Source: Minisyncoccota bacterium (GTDB taxonomy: Bacteria; Patescibacteriota; Minisyncoccia; SW-4-49-11). From it: a stretch of 38,024 bases of DNA. Below the pieces are notes generated by a model. It searched no databases. It saw only the letters and a list, made by a program, of their open reading frames with translations, and was not told the origin of the DNA. Shown here one piece after another: positions 1 to 8,095 of this stretch; the stretch's first letter is position 1; every line of letters starts with the position of its first letter. The position numbers and the translations under genes were made by a program. The stretch covers positions 1-38,024 of the forward strand of contig JALQTA010000002.1 in assembly GCA_023264145.1 (NCBI GenBank), written 5' to 3'.

Positions 1-1065
1 ATACGCCCAGTGAGAAGCAATTCCATATTCACAATATTCATGCATCTCCTCTGTCCGTATTTGTATCTCAAATACCGTACCTGTTATCGGATCTTTAACC
101 GTAGTATGAATACTTTGATATCCATTTGGCTTTGGATTTGCAATATAATCCTTTACTCGATTAGGAAGTGGTTCAAAATGTGATTGAATAGTAGAAAATA
201 CCTGATAACATGTAGCTAAATCAGGAGTAATTACTCGAAGTGCAATAATGTCATATACTTCATCTACGGTCTTCCCTGTACCTAATTTTTTATATAAAGA
301 GTAGTATTTTTTAGCTCTCCCATAAATACGAGTATATGAGATGTGTTCCTCTTGAAATATTGTTTCAATACTATCTTGTATTGTTTCTAATAATTCTTGC
401 CGAATATCATATTCTTGCTTTACTGATTGAATTAACTCTTGATACTCCTCTGGATAGGCATATGGAAAACTCAAATTTTCAATTTTATCTTGAAATTTCC
501 CCATTCCTAATCGCTCCGCAATAGGGGCATATATCTCAAGACTTTCAAGAGCAATACGCTGCGCTTTATGAAAAGGAAGTGAAGATAATGTTTCTAAATT
601 ATGCAATCTATCAGCTAATTTAATAAAAATAACTCGAATATCACGACTCATTGCCACAAACATTCTCCGTAAATTTTCAGCATATCTATCCTCTCCCTTA
701 TATTTAATCACCGACAACTTGGTAACTCCTGATATCAAAAAAATAACATCTCTGCTAAATATTTTTTCTAAATCTTTTAAACTAACATGAGTATCTTCTG
801 GGACATCATGCAATAAGGCTGCGATTAATGTATCTCTATCTAATTTCATTTCAGCGAGAGTTATACATGCTGAAACTGGATGAGTAATATAATATTCTCC
901 ACTTTTACGCCTTTGTTCTTTATGAGCTTCTACCATTTGCATAAAAGCTATTTCCATCTGTTCTAAATCTGCTGATGAAAGATATCCTAAATGCACTTTT
1001 AATATACCCCAGAGTTGCGTACTGGCAATTTCTAAATTATCTATCCTAATATCCTTGATATACAT
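1..1065 (-). CDS. rel: bifunctional (p)ppGpp synthetase/hydrolase (RelA/SpoT family), N-terminal part; the ORF runs off the left edge
   Basis: Hand translation of the reverse strand. It is absent from the supplied track because no stop lies in the window. ATG at 1065-1063 gives MYIKDIRIDN... HD hydrolase motif: HPVSACITLAEM..LLHDVPEDT. Synthetase motifs: PNGYQSIHTTV and FEIQIRTEEMHEYCEYGIASHWAY. Frame ends exactly at nt 1. Confidence 0.9.
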   Translation of the reverse strand, partial: MYIKDIRIDNLEIASTQLWGILKVHLGYLSSADLEQMEIAFMQMVEAHKEQRRKSGEYYITHPVSACITLAEMKLDRDTLIAALLHDVPEDTHVSLKDLEKIFSRDVIFLISGVTKLSVIKYKGEDRYAENLRRMFVAMSRDIRVIFIKLADRLHNLETLSSLPFHKAQRIALESLEIYAPIAERLGMGKFQDKIENLSFPYAYPEEYQELIQSVKQEYDIRQELLETIQDSIETIFQEEHISYTRIYGRAKKYYSLYKKLGTGKTVDEVYDIIALRVITPDLATCYQVFSTIQSHFEPLPNRVKDYIANPKPNGYQSIHTTVKDPITGTVFEIQIRTEEMHEYCEYGIASHWAY

Positions 1066-1119
1066 ACCAAAAGTATATCATATAATGACAATATTACTAT
1101 TGATATACAGAAGCAATAC

Positions 1120-1536
1120 TCAAAACATACTTGTTAATGTCTTTCCATCTGCCCCTTGCGTCTTCGCTGAAATACGATAATCAGAAGGATTTAAGGCAAG
1201 CAGATATGAGCTTTGGAAATTCAAATTATCTGATGTCATATACAGGTAATCACTTACAAATTGGTTATTAAATTGAATACAATTTGTTTTAATGTTAGTG
1301 TCACAAATGGGAGTATAACTACTGGGAATAGCTGCTGGATAGCTACCTTCTACAGCAACATATTCATGAATATTTTTTAATAATACATTCATCTCACTTT
1401 GAATTTGTAAGTTTCTTAAATGATTAACTTCCTGATTAAAATTTATTACATATAAACTAATTCCCCCGATAAGAGTGAGAGTGAATACCGATAATAATAT
1501 TTCAAATACACTAGCTCCTTTATAAAATGAGTGCAT
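1120..1536 (-). CDS. prepilin-type N-terminal domain protein (divergent minor-pilin-like paralogue, 138 aa)
   Basis: N-terminus MHSFYKG|ASVFEILLSVFTLTLIGG has Gly then Glu at +5 and a hydrophobic helix. It has a YP motif and a single Cys pair (ICDTNIKTNC), as in the other four pilin-like ORFs. It is the last gene after rpe-murE-murA. Confidence 0.7.
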   Translation of the reverse strand: MHSFYKGASVFEILLSVFTLTLIGGISLYVINFNQEVNHLRNLQIQSEMNVLLKNIHEYVAVEGSYPAAIPSSYTPICDTNIKTNCIQFNNQFVSDYLYMTSDNLNFQSSYLLALNPSDYRISAKTQGADGKTLTSMF

Positions 1537-1566
1537 ACTATTATTGATTTTAGTTATTATAGAACC

Positions 1567-2838
1567 TTAATAATCTACTCTATCTATTTCAAATCCAACA
1601 TCTCTCAATCTATATTCAATACGCTCATACCCTCTATCAATATGATAAATATTATGTATTTCACTATCCCTTTCTGCAATCAGAGCTGCTAATAAAAATG
1701 TCATCCCCGCTCTTACATCAGGACTTTCTATTTTTCTTCCATATAATTGAGTTGGTCCATTTACTACCACTCTGTATGGATCACACATAATAATATTTGC
1801 TCCCATTTGATTAAGAATATCAGTATAAAATAATCTTCCATCAAATATTGTTTCCTGTACTACGGATGTCCCCGTAGCTTGAGTTAATAATAGCGTAAAT
1901 GGAGCTTGTAAGTCAGTTACAAATCCGGGATATTCATGGGTTTTTAGTTGTAAAGCATGATATGGATTATTATGTGACATAATATGGATAGAATTCTCTC
2001 CCAATTCATATTGTACTCCTGCTAAATCAAGAAATTTCCAAAATACTCGTAAATGTTCTGGAACAATATCTGTTACCGTAATATCACTTCTCGTTAAGGC
2101 TGCTAAAATAGCAAAGGTACCTGCCTCTAATCTATCGGGAATATTTGTATATTCAACTGAATGCAATTGCTCTACCCCGATAATTTCAATTTGTGAAGTT
2201 CCATCACCCATAATCTGAGCCCCAGCACTTCTCAACATATCACATAAAGCAGTAATTTCTGGTTCAAGAGCAGCATTATATATCGTAGTTTTACCTTTTG
2301 CTTTTACTGCTGACATGATTAAATTTTCAGTAGATGTATGAGAAATCCATTTAAAGACATATTCTATTCCCGTTAAAAATCCTTGCTTTAACTGAAAACG
2401 ATATGATGAGTCGGCTTCTTCAATATCAGCACCCATTAACCGCAAACTCTCTAAGGTCATATCAATAGGCCTGCGACCAATTGCATCACCTCCAGGATGA
2501 GGGAAACTAACCTCTCCAAAGCGAATTAATAACGGAGCAATAAAAAGAAAAGAGGCTCGCATTTTTACTGCTAAATCTACTGGGATAGAGCTACTGTGAA
2601 CTACAGTAGTATCAATACGATATGAATGATTATCTAAACGATCTACTTTGGCTCCTAATACCATTAAAATTTGAATCATATCCTTAATATCATCAATATC
2701 AGGAATATTGTGTAATGTCACAGGTCCATCTATTAATAAGGTTGCTGGTAGTAGTTTTATTGCCGAGTTTTTAGCTCCATATACTGGGATGGTACCTTGT
2801 TTATGTAACTGATTTCCTTTAATAATAAATTTTTGCAT
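1567..2838 (-). CDS. murA: UDP-N-acetylglucosamine 1-carboxyvinyltransferase (MurA), Asp variant at the catalytic Cys position
   Basis: 423 aa. N-terminus FIIKGNQLHKQGTIPVYGAKNSAIKLLPATLL and the loop HPGGDAIGRRPID match the MurA pattern (E. coli LPGGCAIGARPVD). Confidence 0.93.
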   Translation of the reverse strand: MQKFIIKGNQLHKQGTIPVYGAKNSAIKLLPATLLIDGPVTLHNIPDIDDIKDMIQILMVLGAKVDRLDNHSYRIDTTVVHSSSIPVDLAVKMRASFLFIAPLLIRFGEVSFPHPGGDAIGRRPIDMTLESLRLMGADIEEADSSYRFQLKQGFLTGIEYVFKWISHTSTENLIMSAVKAKGKTTIYNAALEPEITALCDMLRSAGAQIMGDGTSQIEIIGVEQLHSVEYTNIPDRLEAGTFAILAALTRSDITVTDIVPEHLRVFWKFLDLAGVQYELGENSIHIMSHNNPYHALQLKTHEYPGFVTDLQAPFTLLLTQATGTSVVQETIFDGRLFYTDILNQMGANIIMCDPYRVVVNGPTQLYGRKIESPDVRAGMTFLLAALIAERDSEIHNIYHIDRGYERIEYRLRDVGFEIDRVDY

Positions 2839-2863
2839 AATATTAAGATTATATGTAGATATA

Positions 2864-4162
2864 TTACTTTATTAATTCTAAGACTGTTTCCGTATCACTC
2901 CATTGCTCTTTCTGGCCATGAGCTCGTATAATACTTGTTTCACTTCCCTTACCGGTAATAATAATAGTATCTTCTGGAGACGCAATATCTAATGCTTTAA
3001 TAATAGCGTCCCTACGAGACAAGACTTTCCAGGCATTCTTATTTTCTATTTTTCCGGATTCTAATACTCCTGCAAAAACCTGATCAATAATAGCTTGAGG
3101 ATCTTCATCATAAGGATCTTCATCTGTCACAATAACATAATCATTCATACTACCCGCAACTTTTCCCATAGGAGAACGCTTCCATGTATCTCTCCCTCCT
3201 CCACAAGATCCTAAAATAGCAATTGTTTTACCAGAACCTTTAAAATCATTGTTAATGGTTCCATAAACTTGTACTAATGCTTCAGGGATATGAGCATAAT
3301 CAACAAAAACATGAGGGTTGGTCGCAATATGATTCATTCTTCCAGGGATATCAACTAATTGATTTAAAGCCTGATTAATGTTATCGTATTCAAATCCTAA
3401 CCAGTGTGCAACTCCTATAACAAATAATAAATTATATCCCATAAATTTACCCAATATGGGAGTAGTTACTTGATATATAGTATTATCATTTCTATCCCGA
3501 TAAGTAAATGCTAATCCCGAGGTACTTGAATGAATATTCTCCATAATCAGAGTAGAGTCCGTTGACTTCCCAATAGATTGAACGGTTTTATGTGTTAATC
3601 CACGATAATATTCTTGATGACTATCATCCTGATTTACCCAAGCTATTGGCTGAATTATTTTTCCTTGGATAAATTTATCCTGACTTCGTTCAAATGACTG
3701 GAATAATAACCCCTTAGCTTTTTTATAATTTTCAAAACCACCATGAGACTCTAAATGTTCAGGATATAAATTCGTAATAATAACTGAATCAAAATGAATC
3801 CCTCGATGACGGTTTTGAGCGAGTCCTTCACTAGTAACTTCGACAATAAAAACTGTTGCTCCATGCTGTTTTGAATCTCTCATTAATTGATGAATTCTTC
3901 CTTTTCCCGGCATAGAGTTACGAAGAGGATTTTTATATAATGTTTTTCCATCACTACAATATACTGAAGAGGATAAGCCAACCTTCAAACCTAAAGTAGT
4001 AAGCGTTTGATACATTGTATAAACCGTACTTGTTTTTCCTTTTGTACCAGTAACCCCAATGACAATCATAGATTCCCCAGGTCTTCCCGTAATGATATAT
4101 GCAAAATAAGTAATTACAATATGGTATATTCCTTTTATTTTTTTGATTAATTTCTGAAACAT
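2864..4162 (-). CDS. murE: Mur ligase, MurE-like (UDP-MurNAc-L-Ala-D-Glu amino-acid ligase) lacking the N-terminal domain
   Basis: P-loop GVTGTKGKTST at residues 37-47. YKKAKGLLF (carbamyl-Lys region) and DYAHIPEAL (MurE DYAHTPDAL) are present. The C-terminal TDEDPYDEDPQAII replaces the TDDNPRTEEPRAII of E. coli. Confidence 0.8.
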   Translation of the reverse strand: MFQKLIKKIKGIYHIVITYFAYIITGRPGESMIVIGVTGTKGKTSTVYTMYQTLTTLGLKVGLSSSVYCSDGKTLYKNPLRNSMPGKGRIHQLMRDSKQHGATVFIVEVTSEGLAQNRHRGIHFDSVIITNLYPEHLESHGGFENYKKAKGLLFQSFERSQDKFIQGKIIQPIAWVNQDDSHQEYYRGLTHKTVQSIGKSTDSTLIMENIHSSTSGLAFTYRDRNDNTIYQVTTPILGKFMGYNLLFVIGVAHWLGFEYDNINQALNQLVDIPGRMNHIATNPHVFVDYAHIPEALVQVYGTINNDFKGSGKTIAILGSCGGGRDTWKRSPMGKVAGSMNDYVIVTDEDPYDEDPQAIIDQVFAGVLESGKIENKNAWKVLSRRDAIIKALDIASPEDTIIITGKGSETSIIRAHGQKEQWSDTETVLELIK

Positions 4163-4173
4163 ATCTTACTATG

Positions 4174-4827
4174 TTATATCTTTATTAAGGTATTATACAT
4201 CATAATAGGATCATGAGATGTAAAAATAGCACTCCCCACTGCAATTCTCTCCACTCCACTCGCTATAATATGAGGGATTGTATTCTGATTAGCACCACCA
4301 TCCCAAGAGATATCTCCTTCATACATCGTATATCTTTGCTTAAATTCTACAACCTTATCATATACAGCAGTATGAATAGGAGAACCATAAAATCCTGGAT
4401 TAACCCCCATAAACTGAACTCCTTCTATTTTTTTAACCACTTTCCCAATATCTCGTATATCTGTGTCTGGATTTATTGCTATTGATACTTCTTTATTAAT
4501 TCCCTTAATTTGATTTACTAATTGTCGTAATTGTTCTAAGTTTTCACAAATTTCTTGATGTACAATAATTCTTTTACATACATCAAAGGATTTAAGACTC
4601 GCAATAATATCCTGAGTATTTTCAAAGTTTGCCATAATATGAATTTCCACCTGCAAACCACCAAAATCCTCATAAAAAAATTCTCTTGGAAATAATGATT
4701 TTGATTCTACAAATATCCCGTCCATAATATCTATCTGAATGTAATCAGTCATTTGCCGAGCCAAAGATAGATAGTGTTTAAATTCTTGTTTTGAATTTGT
4801 TAAAATGGCGGGAATAATGCTCATCAT
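4174..4827 (-). CDS. rpe: ribulose-phosphate 3-epimerase family protein
   Basis: 217 aa. IQIDIMDGIFVES, EIHIMA and ISWDGGAN fit the Rpe TIM-barrel pattern. It lies near tkt and rpiB. Confidence 0.75.
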   Translation of the reverse strand: MMSIIPAILTNSKQEFKHYLSLARQMTDYIQIDIMDGIFVESKSLFPREFFYEDFGGLQVEIHIMANFENTQDIIASLKSFDVCKRIIVHQEICENLEQLRQLVNQIKGINKEVSIAINPDTDIRDIGKVVKKIEGVQFMGVNPGFYGSPIHTAVYDKVVEFKQRYTMYEGDISWDGGANQNTIPHIIASGVERIAVGSAIFTSHDPIMMYNTLIKI

Positions 4828-4849
4828 AATGTATCTCTTAATTAGGTCT

Positions 4850-4858
4850 ATTATATCA
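4850..4858 (-). promoter_or_regulatory. extended -10 element TGATATAAT upstream of rpe
   Basis: Plus-strand ATTATATCA is minus-strand TGATATAAT, 22 nt upstream of the rpe ATG (4827). Confidence 0.45.
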
Positions 4859-4906
4859 AATTAACTCATCAAAAGATAGGGTCTGATTGTAATCATGTTC
4901 ACTTAG

Positions 4907-6133
4907 TTAAATTGCATCTAAAGCTGCCTGTAAGGCATTCCCTGGAGCAGTATAATTACTTAGTGTTGTAGCAGATCCTATTGCCCACACTAAGATACGA
5001 ACATCAGAATAACTATCTGGAGCATTAGATGAGCTACCACTTCGTGCTAAAACATAAAAGGGTCTTGTACTTGAGGATTGGGAAGCTTGAGTTTGTGTTG
5101 TTACCACATCGCCTAGCATACGTTGATAATTACCACTAACACCACGACTAATTCCATAACCGCCAAGACTTGTTGAGCTAAATGCTTGTGAAGCACTATT
5201 ACGAGATCTAGTAAGCTGATTCCATGCGAGACTCCATGAACCATTCCCAAACCCTCCATTCCCAAATAAAACACTTGGATTATTTGTGGGAGCACCCGTA
5301 GTAAGAACATATGTATGTAGATTATCCTGTCCAAATGAGGAGCCTGTATATCCAGTTATTATATATTTACTCGTTCCATTCCCTCTCACACCGGTTTTTA
5401 TATTAAAATCTCCTGCAACCAACCCCACATGAGTAGGCGTAATTCCTTTTATGGGAACTAAACCACCATTCACAGTTGTTGCTCCAGCAAATACAACTAA
5501 CTGTGTAATCGTATCCCACATTCCAGGAGTTTCTTTTAGAGTAACTACATAATCATTAATAGCTTGAGCATAAGCAGTAGGCACGGGATCACCTAAAGAA
5601 GCACGAGCATCCATCATTGCCTGTACATCTGGATCATATGAGATAGTAGCCCCCCCTGGAGTGACTACCTCTGGAGGTAAAGGATTATTGATAGCAATAG
5701 AAGTTGATGATTCCGCACGCAAGGCAATTAAACTGACTATATTAGCATTATTATCGACTGCAATACTATACCCAGATCCTCCGGTATTATCGTCATCTTC
5801 TGGATCTTGAGGGATAAGATTAAGATAGGTTGGGACAAGAGAAGATAAATCTATATATCCTGCGCATGTACTTGCATCAGGATCACAAATTTCTTGATGA
5901 TTACGCGTGATACCAGTCGGATATGATCCTTCCTGTAATCGATATTGAGTTAAAGCTGATTCAATACGCAAAATATCAGTATTTCTTTGATTATTACGGG
6001 CCTCAGCAATTTGCCCAATTGGATCAAACGTTACTAAGGTAATGGCGAGTAGTAATCCTACTAAAGCAAGTACTAATAACACTTCCAGAAGCGTAAATCC
6101 TTTTTTTTGTTTTACTATATCTTTTTGTTTCAT
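4907..6133 (-). CDS. modular type IV pilin-like protein: prepilin N-terminal domain plus ~260-aa Cys-free beta-rich C-terminal module
   Basis: KKG|FTLLEVLLVLALVGLLLAI with Glu+5. YP motif. Cys pair EICDPDASTC followed by YIDLSSLVPTYLNLIPQDP. Residues ~150-408 are Gly/Ser/Thr/Asn-rich with no Cys. Confidence 0.85.
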   Translation of the reverse strand: MKQKDIVKQKKGFTLLEVLLVLALVGLLLAITLVTFDPIGQIAEARNNQRNTDILRIESALTQYRLQEGSYPTGITRNHQEICDPDASTCAGYIDLSSLVPTYLNLIPQDPEDDDNTGGSGYSIAVDNNANIVSLIALRAESSTSIAINNPLPPEVVTPGGATISYDPDVQAMMDARASLGDPVPTAYAQAINDYVVTLKETPGMWDTITQLVVFAGATTVNGGLVPIKGITPTHVGLVAGDFNIKTGVRGNGTSKYIITGYTGSSFGQDNLHTYVLTTGAPTNNPSVLFGNGGFGNGSWSLAWNQLTRSRNSASQAFSSTSLGGYGISRGVSGNYQRMLGDVVTTQTQASQSSSTRPFYVLARSGSSSNAPDSYSDVRILVWAIGSATTLSNYTAPGNALQAALDAI

Positions 6134-6139
6134 ATGACT

Positions 6140-7420
6140 TTATTCTGAACGTAATGCCTTTACTGGGTTTAAAGTTGCGGCCTTCAAAGCAGGATAAATA
6201 CCAGCTAAAACTCCTATTCCGATACTAATCGCAACAATACCAAGTGTCGAGACTAGATTAAAGTTAAAGAAGGTATCGACATCAAATCCTATCTTATTTA
6301 ATTCTTGAACAATGAAGATATTTCCCACCTGCATACTTCCAATCACCACGAATAATCCCACAATACCTCCTAATAATCCAATCAATGCAGACTGTATCAA
6401 AAATACCCCTAATATTTGTCCATTTGATGCTCCCATAGCTTTGAGAATACCAATTTCTTTTGTCTGTTCATAAATACTCATAACCATGGTATTGGTAATT
6501 CCAATTGCGGCAATCACTGCTGAAATTGTTCCAAAAGCAATCATAGCTATGGTAAATGCTTGAATAATATCATCTAAAAACCCTAATACATCGTCGGCAG
6601 TAAAAATACCTTGAAAATTATATTTATCATCAATAGCCTCCTTAATTGATGTAATATTTTCTTCATTACCAGTCACCCGAAGCAAATCATATCCTACTGA
6701 TGACACATACTCATCTTTAGAATCAAATCCACCAATTGTCGCTAATACATTTAAAGATGTATCTAATGAAATAATAGCATCATTACGATCAGATCCTGGA
6801 TCAAATACCCCTTTAATCGTATAGTCAAATTGTCTATCTAAAATTTCTTTCGTTTTTACCGTTCCAAATAACGCACTTTTAGACGTAATAAAGCTGACTT
6901 TTTTACCTATCAATTCTTCTTCGGGAAGTTCATAAAATTCAGCTACTGACTTAGAGATAAATATTTCGTCCCCTACAGGTTTCGTTTTATCTCCCCAAAA
7001 TTCAGTAAAATAGCTATCATCCCCCTCAATATCCCATCCCGTAATAAAAGCAGGACTATAGGCTTTATCCTTACCATCTAACTTAATCTCTAAATTATTC
7101 ACAATGGTCGCGGGTATAGTTGTTTGAACACCATCAATATTCTTAATTGAGTCTACAACGTCTTGAGTAATAAGAGTGGTTTCAGCCGCTTCTGTTGTTT
7201 CACTTGATGGTGGTGCAAATGCTCCTGCTCCCCCACTATTCGTAATATAAATTTCATTAGATTTAAATTGTGTCTGAATAGCACTAACTAATAATGTCCG
7301 AAGATCCTGCATTCCAAAAATAATAAGTGATAGTAAAATAACCGCTATGGTAATTCCTAAACTCGTTAAAATAGTTCGGAGTTTACGACGAGCAACCAGA
7401 CTAAATGCATATTTAATCAT
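6140..7420 (-). CDS. ABC transporter permease, FtsX/MacB-type (4 TM with a large extracytoplasmic domain)
   Basis: 426 aa. TM1 is LTSLGITIAVILLSLIIFG. A ~260-aa soluble loop follows, then three C-terminal TMs with KEIGILKAMGAS, which is typical of the FtsX family. It sits 4 nt downstream of the ATPase gene. Confidence 0.88.
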   Translation of the reverse strand: MIKYAFSLVARRKLRTILTSLGITIAVILLSLIIFGMQDLRTLLVSAIQTQFKSNEIYITNSGGAGAFAPPSSETTEAAETTLITQDVVDSIKNIDGVQTTIPATIVNNLEIKLDGKDKAYSPAFITGWDIEGDDSYFTEFWGDKTKPVGDEIFISKSVAEFYELPEEELIGKKVSFITSKSALFGTVKTKEILDRQFDYTIKGVFDPGSDRNDAIISLDTSLNVLATIGGFDSKDEYVSSVGYDLLRVTGNEENITSIKEAIDDKYNFQGIFTADDVLGFLDDIIQAFTIAMIAFGTISAVIAAIGITNTMVMSIYEQTKEIGILKAMGASNGQILGVFLIQSALIGLLGGIVGLFVVIGSMQVGNIFIVQELNKIGFDVDTFFNFNLVSTLGIVAISIGIGVLAGIYPALKAATLNPVKALRSE

Positions 7421-7424
7421 ATAT

Positions 7425-8093
7425 TTATATATTATCCACTAATTTCCCATCTCGTAGAAATAACTTTCTATCAATACCTTCCGCTAAGTGCAAATCATGA
7501 GTCACCAAAAACATTGTCATATTTTCTTCTGCATTGAGTTCAAATAATAAATGCATTATTTCTTTTCCGGTAACAGAGTCTAAATTCCCTGTTGGCTCAT
7601 CAGCTAATAGAATTTCTGGCTTAGCCAGTAAAGCTCTTGCAATAGCAACTCTTTGCATTTGCCCTCCAGATAATTCATTTGGTCTATGCTTCACTCTATC
7701 TGATAGTCCCACTTTATCTAATAAATATTTTGCTCTTTCTGTTGATTCTATAGCTGTTAATTGTCCCCCAAATTTCACTGGTAATAAGACATTTTCTAAT
7801 ACATTTAATGCTGAAATTAAATTAAATTGCTGAAAGATAGTACCTACTTTTAATCTTCGATAGATATTGGGATTATAATCCTTAATATCTTTACCATCTA
7901 CAATAACCTGCCCCTCATATACGCGATCAAGTCCACCTAATACATTTAATAAAGTTGACTTTCCTGATCCAGAGCTTCCAATAATCGCAACCATTTCTTT
8001 GGTCTCGGCGGTAAATGAAATATCATTCAATGCAAACACCGTATTTTCTGCATTCATTTGATATATTTTTTTTAAATTTTTTACCTCTATCAT
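7425..8093 (-). CDS. ABC transporter ATP-binding protein (MacB/LolD-like)
   Basis: Walker A GSSGSGKSTLLN, signature LSGGQMQRVAIARAL, Walker B LLADEPTGNLD, H-loop VTHD. Confidence 0.95.
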   Translation of the reverse strand: MIEVKNLKKIYQMNAENTVFALNDISFTAETKEMVAIIGSSGSGKSTLLNVLGGLDRVYEGQVIVDGKDIKDYNPNIYRRLKVGTIFQQFNLISALNVLENVLLPVKFGGQLTAIESTERAKYLLDKVGLSDRVKHRPNELSGGQMQRVAIARALLAKPEILLADEPTGNLDSVTGKEIMHLLFELNAEENMTMFLVTHDLHLAEGIDRKLFLRDGKLVDNI

Positions 8094-8095
8094 AT

